DNA from: Octopus sinensis
Taxonomy: Eukaryota
Assembly: GCF_006345805.1 (NCBI RefSeq)
Contig: NC_043012.1
Span: 15,934,001-15,998,000, forward strand
Direction: 5' to 3'
DNA length: 64,000 nucleotides
The position numbers and the translations under genes were made by a program. Of this stretch, positions 1-12,262 are shown piece after piece. Position 1 is the first letter of the stretch, and the number at the start of each line of letters is the position of its first letter. The notes beneath the pieces are model-generated. The model ran no database searches. It was not told the origin of the DNA and saw only the letters and a list, made by a program, of their open reading frames with translations.

Positions 1-3000
1 TTCAGGCGGGACTTTTCACTGCTTTCAATTTGTTTGTTTAAGCGATTTCAAACTTTTGTACGCCGTCTCATTAGAATTTTCCTCTCTCTGGGGATTTTGC
101 TCTTGTGTACAGTGGCCTTTCTCTCTGAGACACATTTGTAGCATATGGCTTGCATTACAGACATGAATTGTTGAAGTTTCATGTCGATGTCTGGCGAGAA
201 GAGACATTCAGGCCAGTTTTTTTTAGGATCTCTTTCTCAATTTGTTTCCAGTTTGCCTTATGGAAGTTCAAGCTGGAAAGATTCTGAGAGTTTCTTGTAG
301 GCTGCATGTCCATGCTTTCTTTTGGCCCGTACATGGTCAGCTCTACCATGTTGTGATCCGAGAGTAGTGTCGGTGTCACTTTCACATTATGGATGAGATC
401 CATATTATTTGTGAAGCAGAGATCCAGTATGTTACCTGCCCTGGTTGGTTGGAGTATTACTTGCTCCATGTACAGAGTGTTGATGAGGTTCAGGAGAGAC
501 CTCGCCTGTCCTCGTTCACATCGTGTCATTCTTGGGAGAAAGGCCCTCGGGCCATCTGACATTGGGTAGATTGAAGTCTCCCATAAGAAGTACACTTATG
601 TGTTGTTCTAATGTGACTAGAACTTCTATTTTTATAAGGCAGTCTTCAAACTTGCCTACATGGCTTGGGGCATCTGGAGGGCGATATGTAGTACATATAA
701 CTACACCAAATTGCTTTATATGTACAATTAGTGTGTCACACACCGAATTTGAGTATAACAAAAGGACCTGGGGTGTGAGGTCCTCACGGATGTACATAGC
801 AACTCCTCTATAACTCCTTTATTTTCTGTCGGTACAACATACTGTGGTATGTGTATTTCCGCATCTGCTATGTCCGGTTTCAGGTGTGTTTCCGTAAGTG
901 CTATGCATAAGGCTTGATTGCATGCAACAAAGTCTCTCAAGAACGGGATTTTTGTCCTGTTACTGAGTGTTAGCAGTCCTCTGATGTTCCGTAGGAGCAT
1001 CTAGGTGATGTGTATGCTGTTGCCGGTGGTGTCCACTTTGGGACTATTTGCTGTGGCGGTTTTGTGTATTGTGGATAGTCCCATCTGCGAGATTGAGTTT
1101 GATGGAGCCAGGCTAGCTGCTGTACAATCTTTTGTGCCATGCACAAAAAAGATTCTTGTTCATCAGCCGCCCTTTCAATAACATGTTGGCGGTTTGTAGC
1201 ACGCACCACATCTGCGTACCTCCGTTTTGGAGCAGGTGGGGCGTGGTCCATTCTTTTTCCTTTTGGTAGTTGGTTTCTGCCCTGTTTCATGTTATGTGGC
1301 GGGGTATTTGGTGTACAAAAGGGCAGTCTGCACCTTTCTCTCCATGCCAGCAGACACCTTTCAGGTAGAATTTACACATTCGTGTGCGCTGTCTGTTTCT
1401 ATCCTTTTTGGTACATGGATAGTTAGGTTTGCTTCTATCCTTGGCTGTTTCATCTTTTGGTTTTGTTTGAGTTTTAGTTTTTCCTTCTTTGGCTGTTTCA
1501 TCTTTTGTTTTTCTTTTAGTTTTTCCTCCTTTTATTTCTTTTTGGCTCTTTCATCTCCATGGTTTTGGTTTTTGGTGCTGGTAGGAGCACTTGCACTTTG
1601 GTTTACTTCCCGGGCAGGTTTCTCACTTGAATTATCTTCTTTGTTGTTGTCCTGGGTGTCTACCAAGTGGGGGTGACATCTTTCATCAGCACCCGTGCCT
1701 CCATCCTTGCCATCTTTACTTTGTTCGTTGTCAAAGATGGCATCAACCGTGCCGATGTGAGATCTTATGAGTGCATAGGAGCGTATAAACTCCTGCTTCT
1801 TTCGCTCTATCTGCGCTATTGTCCTTGTATATCCACTGCTCTTCAGCGCAGCTGTAATTATGTTGTTCGGATTATCTCCTCGGCGCATTGAAAGGCTCTC
1901 AGGAACAACGCCAATTCGTTACTCCTCCAGGTTCTGGACATTTTTGTATATTTTATTTATTTATCTATCTAATTATATTTAAAATTTAATAGTGCGATAG
2001 AGGGTAGAGAAGAAATAGAGAAAGAAAGTATCTATGTATTTAGAGAGATTGAGAGCTGAGATAAGATAAGAAGAGAGTAGGAGAGAGTGAGAGGAGAAAG
2101 TTCGCGTCTATATATTTAGAAAAATTGAGAGGCCGAGAGAGAAAAGATGGTGTGACAGAGAGAAGTGGAGAAGTGAAGGAAAGAGGCGTGAGGGAGAGAA
2201 GTGAAGAGACAGAGAGAGAAAAAATGAAAGAGAGGAGGTTATGAAAAAGATTGAGCGACTGAGAGGAGAGAGTGAGAGAGAGTCTATATATTTAAGAAGA
2301 TTGAGAGGCTAAGAGAAGAAAGATGGTGTGATAGAGAAAGAGATGAAAGAGATGAAAATGATGCAAAAGATTGAGCGGCTGAAAAAAGAAAGATGGTGTG
2401 ATAGAGAGAAGTGAAGAAACAGAGGGAGAAAGAAAAGAATGAGAGGATGTCACGAAGCTGAAACAGAAGTTGAAAGATTATTAACAGAATGTAAATTATA
2501 AATATATACCTATCAGTAGCTACAAACGTATTCTTCTAAACTAAACTAATTGCGACTATACTCCTAATGTTCGCGTCTATTTATTTAGGGAGATTGAGGG
2601 GCTGAGTAAATATATATATATATATATATATGTATAAATAAAGCAACAAATAAATATATGCCTATCTAAAATTGAATAATTTTAAAGAGATGTAACGGGG
2701 CTGAAACAGAAAGTGAATGTAAACAGAATGTAAACACAGAATAGGTCCTTAAATTGAATTACGGGAAAATAAACAAATGACAAGCGGTACTTATCTTATA
2801 AGAGGTAGAAGTCCCAAAGTCTATACGAAGAGGTTTTCTTTCAAAAAAGAAAAAGAAAAACGGTTCTTTATGCTTGTTGAAGTCGATTGGGAATAAATTT
2901 AAGAGATGTCAGCACGTGCTTTTTTCGACGGGAAATCTGGCGTGCGTAATTAACTTTAGTGTATTATATTTGGCTTGAGGCGAAATATATTATGGTTTTT

Positions 3001-3150
3001 AACTAATATATCCTAGTAGACCGCTATGAGATAGCAAGTTTTACGTTTTTTATCAATTCTTGCCGATTATTTCGTCGATTTATGCAAACCTTTTTGTTTT
3101 TTTTTATCACAGAGCAAAGCAACACGTCTTTACCCTACGAAAACCGGAAG
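1..3150 (-). mobile_element. CR1/L2-group LINE, 5' half (about 1.2-kb 5' UTR, disrupted ORF1 from ATG 1941, frameshifted APE endonuclease); runs off the window start
   Basis: APE motifs in consecutive frames: LLRNIRGL, IALTETHL, YRPP, LMGDFNLP, PTRAGNILDLCFTN, SDHNMV. Region ~1342-2990 is the reverse complement of ~14478-16260. The 5' end near 3150 is inferred. Confidence 0.88.
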
Positions 3151-3607
3151 TATATATGGTTATTTCTTTTCCAATTAAACTTACCAAATTTATAGATATG
3201 TTCCGTTTTATAATTTTGCGGATAGCGGATTAAACTAGTTGACATTACGTGTTCTTTATTGGTTTGCTGTTCGCAAATTGGGAAGAAACAATTTTCTCTT
3301 TAAAATGGCACACTGATACAGCATTGTCTCATATGATGATTTATTAGTTATATTACTTATTATGCTTTGCTAATTAAATTCTAATACATTGGAAGGTGGT
3401 CTTCAGTTACGAGTTTCTATATGAATATTGATGTGCATGGATCCACAGACCGAATTTTATCACAGAGAAATAAAAATAAAATTAAAAAAAATGTTTTGTT
3501 GTGCTTGCAAAGAAATAATACTACGTGTATTTATGATATTGAATATACGGGTGCATATTGCATATATGTATATGTATGCTTATTGTATGTTTCTATATGT
3601 GTGTGAG

Positions 3608-3780
3608 GAGGATAGTCGATTATATCGACCCCAGTGCTCCACTAGTACTTATTTCATCGATCACCAAAGGATGAAAGGCAAAGTCAGCCTCGGTGGAATG
3701 TTAAATTAAAACTTAAAGACGGATGAAATATCCCTAAGTATTTTGTTCGGCGCGGTAACGATCCTGCTACCTCGCCGCGC
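3608..3780 (-). mobile_element. tRNA-derived SINE, family A (degenerate)
   Basis: Matches the GTCGATT..ATCGACCCCAGTG..GGATGAAAGGCAAAGTC core of the copies at 7385 and 18538. Confidence 0.75.
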
Positions 3781-3804
3781 AAAAATAAAAAAAAATTCTA
3801 TCTA

Positions 3805-4010
3805 ATATAGGCACAAGGTCCGAAATTTTGGGGAAAGAGTAGACGTCGATTACATCATACCCAGTGCACAACTGTTACTTAATTTATCTACACTTCGCTC
3901 CAAAAGAATGGAAAGTAAAGTCAACTTCGGTAGGATTTGAACTCAGAACGTATGGAATCAGAAGAAAGAAATGCTACTAAGCATTTTGTCGCATGCCGCT
4001 AACAACTCTT
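3805..4010 (-). mobile_element. SINE family A (degenerate)
   Basis: Same core plus ATTTGAACTCAGAACG (B box on minus strand). Confidence 0.7.
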
Positions 4011-4073
4011 ACAGAGCACTGTCTTAACAAACAAACAATACACAGACACACATATACATGGATATACATATAC

Positions 4074-4115
<42 letters not shown>

Positions 4116-4117
<2 letters not shown>

Positions 4118-4244
4118 GTGTATATGTATATATGTGTTGTGTGTGCGTGTGAGTGCTTGTGAGTATGTGTGTATGTATCATATATATATACACATACTCA
4201 CAAGCACTCACACGCACACACAACACATATATACATATACACAT
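4116..4244. repeat. Perfect inverted repeat (55-bp arms, 19-nt spacer)
   Basis: 4116-4170 is the exact reverse complement of 4190-4244, including non-repetitive GAGTGCTTGTGAG. Confidence 0.85.
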
Positions 4245-5709
4245 ATATACATATACACATATACACACATATTTATATATATATATAATCTGATTGGGAA
4301 TACTGTGGAAAGCCACGAATGCCTTTCTGATGAATTTCAAGACAACAGTAATGGAACTAATCCAATGAATCGAATCACAGACTAACGCTTTTGTGCCATC
4401 TCAAGTGAAATCTTATGAGATCGAGTCAGAATAAAAGAAACAATTTGTATTTAGATTGAAATACTTCAGAATACAGTGATTCTGTCGTTTCATGGATTAC
4501 TTATGTATTTTCAATTTGTGGATGACAAATAGCTATTGGTGTTGCAATATACGATATGTATATTAAGGACTACATTATACACACAAAGAATAAGTTGATC
4601 ATATTCCAGATTAATTTTCACTGGTAAGCGCAAATCTGTTATATGATAATATATTTGTCAAGAAACCTTTGTAGGTTATATAATGAATGAAATTTGGAGT
4701 TTGACCTAAAAGTGTGAAAGTTGATAAGGCAAATAATTAGCATGCAACGATGAAAAGATTTTTTATTAGATATACACGAACACTAATCAATTTCCTCAAA
4801 GGCTTAAGCTAATGACTACCGAAAGAAAATAATATAATTACTATAAGTCTTCACAACGTCTCCGTCTCAAATTTAATGACACAGTTTTGAAGAAAGGCAT
4901 GGAAATTAAAAAGTATGGAACAGGAAGCGTTAGTACAATGATTTGTAGAGAAGATAAGGTCAATGTAATATTATTGAAATAAATAAATAAATAAATGAAA
5001 GCTTTAAAATGAAGCAATTATTTTGAGAAATTTCACAAAAGTTCAGTGTGTGATTTCTGTATTTAAACGAAACTAGTCATAAGTAAACATGTATACATGC
5101 ATTAAAGTATAGGCATAAGTTTTTGTTTACATATAGATCAATTCATATGTATTTGTGGGTCCAAGAAGAGAAAAGAAGAATGAAATAGATTAAATAGCAA
5201 ACATGCGATGAGGACAAAGAAAAATAATAATAATAGAAATATGTAAAGTGAGAGCATAAAATGATTGATCCAGTTGGTTTCTTCATTAACTAGAATGTTT
5301 TTTCCATGATATTTTAATGAATGAGACGCAAGAGCAGCCAAATTGTGTGTAACAAGTTTTCACGAAACAGCTATTCAAATTTCATAAACATGTCTCTATT
5401 TTACTTTGGAAATTAACGGTTTGAAAATTATGCATCATATGTGTGCGTGAATCAAATGTCGCTATGAAAATCTATCTTCCAAATACATCTCCTTGCTTCA
5501 TTGTTTTGGAATTTAATTATATTTTGTTCAGATTTTAGATATATGATTTATTTGTTCAGGCTATTAATACATACACAGATATACATATTTCTACATATTA
5601 ACAGTCAAAGCCGAACATGTCAAGTTTGGTTTATAAACATTTTCTTTAAGAATAAGAAGAGAAATATACATTGGAACATTATCTAAAGTATAATCTGTTG
5701 CAGAAAAAT

Positions 5710-6831
5710 TCACACGTAAGTTGTGCATGTCTCATTTCCGGTTCTTCCATTTCCTGCTACGGAAGTATATCCTACATGTTTAGATTTTACTGCCGGACAA
5801 AGCTTTCTAGGGACATAAGAGATGAAAGCTCTCCTGAACTGAGGCCCCGTTAAACAGTAAACAAAAAAATAGCATGCATAATGTGAGAAGCATAGTTCCT
5901 CAGTAAATCTTCGAATTGCTAAGAAGGTGAAATATCTGTTCCAAACCGGGTCGGATCGGATTTCTTGATCTGTCATGTTAAAATTTCCTAAATGGATGTT
6001 ACTTTCAACAACAAACACAAGAGTTACTGGAAGAGTAGTGAAGATCAAGTAAAAAGAAATGGACAATAAAGTTATAGTCGAAGCAGCGTTGCTGTTTGAT
6101 GTCGTTGTCTGGTAAGGGATTTGAATCGGATTAGACTTTGTAATCTTCCTAATTTCGCGAATTACTTGTATATTAAAAAGGAGCACAAAAATCGGCACAA
6201 TACCAAATATAGTTAACTCACTTAACCAATTCCAAATAATTGTGAAACTGTAGTTTTCGATCTGACCTTCTCGGTATGTGCAAATTTGAAACTTTTCATC
6301 GTAGTACCAAATGTAGATCTGAATTGAAGCAAGCGACGTACACGTGACGATGAGTCCACAGACAACATATATAGCTCTGTTAACAGTACAATATTTTTCT
6401 TTTTGGAATGGCTTACACACCGCAATCCATCGTTCCACTGTAAAAGCAAGAACAATAAGTGGTGCCATATACTGTGGGATCATGTAGATGAAGTTGTACA
6501 ATTCACATATTCCAGTGTAAGCAACGGTTGAAATACCCCAAGCTATTTGTAGTTCATTTATAAAATGTAGCCACAGGAACATAAAGTCGGTTATTGACAA
6601 AGCAGCCAAATAGATTGCCGAAGAGTTATTGCGTCTGATACGTGGCTGCATCCATAGAAAGGCTGAAATTGGGTTTGTAAAAAGTCCAATGATATACCAA
6701 ACTATTGTAACGTAGCGGTCAACATAGAGCGCTACGGGACAGAATTCTTTAAAAATGCCAACAGGCCATGAATAGCGATGGTAAACACTGTTGTTTAAGT
6801 AGGAATACTCTGTCGTCTGGTTGTCTTCCAT
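5710..6831 (-). CDS. Class A (rhodopsin-like) GPCR, FMRFamide/sex-peptide receptor-like (Srw-type) orphan, 373 aa, single coding exon
   Basis: Seven hydrophobic segments. TM1 GLFTN, TM2 LAALSITD, TM3 Cys and FTVERWIAVCKPF, ECL2 Cys, TM5 P, TM6 TLP, TM7/H8 FFVYCLTGPQFR. N-terminal sequons NQT, NNS. ATG 6831 lies 14 nt after a splice acceptor. Confidence 0.93.
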   Translation of the reverse strand: MEDNQTTEYSYLNNSVYHRYSWPVGIFKEFCPVALYVDRYVTIVWYIIGLFTNPISAFLWMQPRIRRNNSSAIYLAALSITDFMFLWLHFINELQIAWGISTVAYTGICELYNFIYMIPQYMAPLIVLAFTVERWIAVCKPFQKEKYCTVNRAIYVVCGLIVTCTSLASIQIYIWYYDEKFQICTYREGQIENYSFTIIWNWLSELTIFGIVPIFVLLFNIQVIREIRKITKSNPIQIPYQTTTSNSNAASTITLLSISFYLIFTTLPVTLVFVVESNIHLGNFNMTDQEIRSDPVWNRYFTFLAIRRFTEELCFSHYACYFFVYCLTGPQFRRAFISYVPRKLCPAVKSKHVGYTSVAGNGRTGNETCTTYV

Positions 6832-6845
6832 ATTGCAGCTAACGT

Positions 6846-6870
6846 CTGGAAATAGAAAATGAAGTATGTT
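6846..6870 (-). promoter_or_regulatory. Splice acceptor ahead of the GPCR coding exon
   Basis: Minus strand reads CTTCATTTTCTATTTCCAG|ACGTTAGCTGCAATATG (polypyrimidine tract plus CAG). Confidence 0.75.
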
Positions 6871-6896
6871 AAAAACATTCGTTATGTATTCGGGAT

Positions 6897-6898
6897 AT

Positions 6899-6954
<56 letters not shown>

Positions 6955-7074
6955 ACACACACGTACACACACACACACACGTACACACACACACACACAC
7001 ACAAACATCGCCCCCTAATATATATATATATATGCTTACATACATATATATATATACACATATACATATGTATT

Positions 7075-7113
<39 letters not shown>

Positions 7114-7138
7114 GAACACACACACACACACACACACA
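6897..7138. repeat. Compound microsatellite (CA)n/(TA)n/(TATC)n
   Basis: Read directly. Confidence 0.95.
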
Positions 7139-7384
7139 ATATACCTACCTACGTGCATTTACAAAAAATGTATTTGCAATAGGTCAAATTTAATAGAAGA
7201 CTAACGATTACACTTGTAAGAAGAAAAGACGTTTCGTTTACAATCAACCACAGTAGTCCACACGAAAAAGAGATCTCATATTCTTGTATAAAGCAATTGT
7301 CTACTGAATGTTTCAGTACGTTTATTAACAACGAATTACTGTTTCCAAATGTATAACGATTACTAGATAACATCTATATTATGC

Positions 7385-7610
7385 AGCGAGCTGGCAGAAT
7401 CGTTAGCACGCCGGACGAAATGCTTAGCGGTATTTCGTCTGCCGTTACGTTCTGAGTTCAAATTCTGCCGAGGTCGACTTTGCTTTTCATCCTTTCGGGG
7501 TCGATAGATTAAGGACCAGTTACGCACTGGGGTCGATATAATTGACTTAATCCCCTTCTCTGTCTTTGTTTGTCCCCTCTGTGTTCAGCCCCTTGTGGAC
7601 AATAAAAAAT
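7385..7610 (+). mobile_element. SINE family A, well preserved
   Basis: A-box-like TGGCAGAATCG, B box GTTCAAATTC, central CTTTCATCCTTTCGGGGTCGATA-like block (resembles the Meta/MESC SINE domain; from memory, unverified). Confidence 0.85.
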
Positions 7611-7989
7611 TAAATATTATACCTTTCAATGTTAATTTATGTTCTCAATGGTTAATTGCAAAGTATCCCTTAAGCTACAAACTATTAGTAACTTGTTATG
7701 CTAGATAATTGCATAAATTAACAATTCATATGTGAGATGTTGAACGAAATCTGTTTGAAACAAGAAACTGTAAATGTATAATAGAGCAGAAAGATCTCTG
7801 GATCTTAATTGTGGGTAAAGAAAGATGTATTTGAAATGGTCAAAAGTTTGCTCTGAAAGGCGCATTTGCTCGAGTTCCATCAGTTGTCCAGTAACTGGCT
7901 TTAATATATATGTATGCATACGTTCTTTTCTAGCTTTTATTATATAAGATATATCTGTAAGAAAGAAGCTTGCTTCTAACAATGTTATG

Positions 7990-9300
7990 AAGTTTCATCG
8001 CTGGAATGTAGGTAAAAGAAACAACAAAACAATGTCATAGTTTGAACTTGAGAAAATTCTTGCTTGTTTTTAGTCTTCCGCTTACAAATTGTATTTATAA
8101 TGTGTGTGTTAGCTTGTTGATTTCTTAGACATTTACTAAAAAATTCAAGTGCACCAATTACTATCGGTATAAATGTAAATTTAAAATCTGTATATAAAAA
8201 CAGAAGGTTTCGAAGCAGTTGTCCGTATTTATCCACTTTCTCTTTGATTTTCGAGGAGATTTTCATATAACAAGGATTACTATCCTTAATGACGGTGTAT
8301 ACATTTCTTGTCTGTTCCAACTATATTCGGCTTGTTATGTCGACTTTATTGTTGAACAGGAAAATCTGTCGAACAGGAAAAAAGTCGAATGTTGAGTGAA
8401 TATTCCTTGCGTTGACGCATATGTATGTATTAGGCTGCATTTCATGCTAATATTAGTGTCATCTTCAATTCTTTTTTTTTTTGTATGCTGTGCGTTTCAA
8501 ATTTAAGTCTTTGAAGTATGTTAGTCCATCTGATCTTGGATTGTATGGGTTTGTCAGGAAGAGTACTTCCTGAGCAGCTCACTGCTGACACGTAAGATGT
8601 TCTCTTCGTTTTTCGGCAACAGGCTTCTGTATGATTTTTGCTTTGATGCTTAGCAGGTACTATCTGAGAGAGGCTACACGACACTCGAAGCCTGTCTGCA
8701 CTGCTCTCAAGCCTCTGCCTCCTCCATCTCTTCTTAGATAAGTTCCTACCTTTATCACTGTTTCTGTAGAGGTTTCCAGGGGATGTCAGAATATTGCGGG
8801 TTTCAATGTCTATGAATTGGATATCGTCTATTGACCAGTCAAGTGTTTCAGATATTGGTATCACGACTGATACTAGGAATTTATTGTGGATCACTCTTTT
8901 GTAAGAGAATATATTTTTCTAAGTTTGTGCAATATTCTTATGCCACTCAACTTTTGTTCGCTGCACTTTCGTATATGTTTCCATCAATTTCTAGGTATTT
9001 ACAGCATTTTATGTGTAGAAAAGGGGAGAAAGAGAGATCATTGATGCATATCTTCTGGGTTTGAGGGGCAGATTTTCCAGTTCAACAATAAAATACGAAC
9101 ATTTCGTTTGGCCAAATTCCACTTTTGTGTCAGCTTAAGATATTAACTCCAGCCCCACCTTTTTTTTTGGCGTTGTAAATATTTTAACACAGATCTGATG
9201 ATCCTTAAAAGAAATCATAGGTTACACTGGTAATACTAGCAGTTTCAGCCCCTAGCGCATATCTATTGGGGTTTTGTAAAAGAAATGATAATGGTTTTAA
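7990..9300 (-). mobile_element. Degenerate RLE-type (R4/Dong-like) non-LTR retrotransposon fragment
   Basis: KEKVDKYGQL...FIPIVIGAL and IDIETRNILT segments parallel the 49400-50650 protein; many stops and frameshifts. Confidence 0.7.
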
Positions 9301-9870
9301 CTTTAAAAAATATACAAAATCAGAGAAAGATTATTTTCTTGTAATATTCTGTTTGAAATATTTATAAGACCGGAGTCGATCATACTGTAAGTGTGAGGAA
9401 TATTGTCCAGGCCTTTGCGTGCCTTTCAATGGCAGTGACTAAGTTGGCAGCTACTTTTAAAAAGTGCAGAAACTTCGGCAAATTTAGTGTGGAATACAAT
9501 CGAATACTTTCCTATAACCAAAGCCAGGCAGTCAAAAGGTTCCTGTGGTGTGTTCTTATTTCGAACAGCATAGAATTGTTTCTGAAAAACTGTTCACCAC
9601 ACCCCTACGCTCTTTTCTTTCTACTGCACAAGCCGGCTCATCATATATGTCAATGTGCCTTATATGCCCATGCGCCTTATAAGCCCAAAAATACGATTGC
9701 ATCTGATGATTCCATGTGCTCTGTAATAAAATTCTTAAAGATATTTAATATAACAGCTATTGGCTTAATACAACAGCTATTGTGTAATGACATTGTTTTC
9801 GGAGAAATAACCGGTTTCGCATTTTTTCAAATCTCTCAAATTCCTTTACCGATACATACATACATACATA

Positions 9871-9908
<38 letters not shown>

Positions 9909-10457
9909 ACACACACACAGAGGCACACACACACATAGACACACACACACACACACAGACACACACACACAAATACACACACACACGCATACACATATAT
10001 GTATGTGTGTATATATTTTAAAAGTCGATGCGAAACTTACTTCTTCCAGTTTTACTAAGTACCTAAATTCTTTATCAGAACGTCGATAACCTTTTTGGAA
10101 GAAGTTTCTCTCTAGTGTGCACCAGCGCTTTCGATTATCTTTTCAAACACACGTGTTCTTGGATAGTGTATGAAAGAGGAAGTTGTTATTTCCGTAGTAG
10201 AGGTAGTATTAACTATTTCCAGTTTAATTTCGGACTTAGGATTTTATAAAGTATTTTTCCTTTGTCTTTCATATTTGGACATTTTTATCCAATACTTTGT
10301 AAGAAAGAAATGTGTAAATATCCTTTTATCATTCCTTATTATTTGAAGTGCTGATTATTTTCGGTTTACCTTCGGATTTAGAATTCTTATAGAGTACTTT
10401 CTTTTGCCTTTCGTAGTTGATCATTTTCATCTTTTATTTTGTGAAATAGGAATGTTT

Positions 10458-10577
<120 letters not shown>

Positions 10578-10776
10578 GGCGTAGGAGTGGCTGTGTGGTA
10601 AGTAGCTTGCTTACCAACCAGATGGTTCCGAGTTCAGTCCCACTGCGTGGCAACTTGGGCAAGTGTCATCTACTATAGCCTCGAGCCGACCAAAGCCTTG
10701 TGAGTGGATTTGGTTGACGGAAACTGAAAGAAGCCCGTCGTATATATGTATATATATATATACATATACATATATG

Positions 10777-10817
<41 letters not shown>

Positions 10818-11015
10818 GTGTGTGTATATGTTTGTGCGTCTGTGTTCGTTCTCCCAGCATCGTGTGTTTACGTCCCCGTAACATAGCGGTTCGGCAAAAA
10901 AGTCCGATAGAATAAGTACTAGGCTTACAAAGAATAAGTCCTGGGGTCGATTTGTTCGACTAAAGGCGATGCTCCAGCATGGCTACAGTCAAATGACAGA
11001 AACAAGTAAAAGAGT
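10578..11015 (+). mobile_element. tRNA-derived SINE family B, full length, with internal (TA)n and LINE-like 3' tail
   Basis: A box TGGCTGTGTGG, B box GTTCAGTCC, CORE-like TTGGGCAAGTGTC, tail GGCGATGCTCCAGCATGGCTACAGTCAAATGACAGAAAC. Confidence 0.85.
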
Positions 11016-11189
11016 ATATATATATATATATATATCTGAAAAATGAATGGAAATGGCTTTTCCACTTAAATAATTAGATGTAAACTTATGAAATTATTGA
11101 AGTGGAAGAATTATCAGAAAAGCCATTTCTATTAATTCTTTCCAATATATAATACTGTACCAATAATTTTTATTTCTTATTCTACTACA

Positions 11190-11269
<80 letters not shown>

Positions 11270-11561
11270 TGTGTGTGTGTGTGTTTGTGTGCGTGTGTCA
11301 CACACATGTAGATTTTTGATAATCAGTTACCCACACGTACTATCAATACATTATTTTCACAGTTGAGTTCAGTGTATCCCTACTTGTAACTAACATGCAT
11401 ACGCAAAACTCTGGGAACCAATCCAGTGAAATATTATCTGGTTTATAATAAATATTATAAATATAACTTCTATGTGAAAAGGTTCTGGGAGCAATGAAAC
11501 AGAAATTATTATTGTTATTAATCCGTCAATCTCTTTTCTCCCTCCCCACTATCTCTCTTTC

Positions 11562-11606
<45 letters not shown>

Positions 11607-11737
11607 TATAAAAAGCTGTGCGCATGTGATGCTATAAAGAAAAAGTATAAACATCGTTAAACGCGACTAAGGGTGCCAGGATACCCACATCGTTAGAAAT
11701 AAGAGCTAAAAAGTTGTAACGTCGTAGGAAAGGCACA

Positions 11738-11789
<52 letters not shown>

Positions 11790-11890
11790 ATCCAAACAAG
11801 AAAACACAGAAAAAAAGAGAAAAAAACACAGCAACGCAGGACGTGGAACAATTAAAGTATTATTGACACTCAGGAAAGAAGGGAAGGAGG

Positions 11891-11925
11891 GTTTAACGTT
11901 TCGAGCGGAGCTCTTCGTCGGAAAC
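11891..11925 (-). ncRNA. Minimal type I hammerhead ribozyme motif (U4C core variant)
   Basis: GTTT-CCGACGA-A-GAGC TCC GCTC-GAAACGTT-AAAC; stem I GTTT/AAAC, palindromic stem III. Confidence 0.65.
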
Positions 11926-12075
11926 AAGGAGAAGGAAAGATCCCAAGGAGGGAAGACAGAGGAGAAAATATTTGAGCTGGTGGTGCTCAAGAGATCACAT
12001 ATATATATAAATACACACACACACACATATATATATATATACAGACACACACATATATATATATACAGACACACA

Positions 12076-12153
<78 letters not shown>

Positions 12154-12206
12154 TATATATATGCTTAAAGGGGCTGCAATCGCCCAAAACACCGCCCCGA
12201 GAATGC

Positions 12207-12262
12207 CTTAGACTGAACGTTCAGTTTCGGCTATCTCCTATATCTGTAGCCTTCTCAATAAG
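12207..12262 (-). ncRNA. Hammerhead-like motif with damaged first core box
   Basis: CTTA-TTGAGAA-GGCTA..TAGCC-GAAACTGAACGTTCAGTC-TAAG; all three stems pair, GUC site. Confidence 0.5.

Noticed and set aside
1227-1891. Hydrophobic plus-strand ORFs (and the matching minus-strand ORFs at 15748-16261)
   Set aside because: Antisense shadows of the K/E-rich LINE ORF1
4328-4430. CTGATGA suggesting another hammerhead
   Set aside because: No properly placed stem II, GAAA and NUH arrangement
6832-7008. 59-aa N-terminal extension of the GPCR ORF (VCVCV...)
   Set aside because: It is a translated (TG)n tract plus intron sequence upstream of a clear splice acceptor; Met at 6831 is the plausible start
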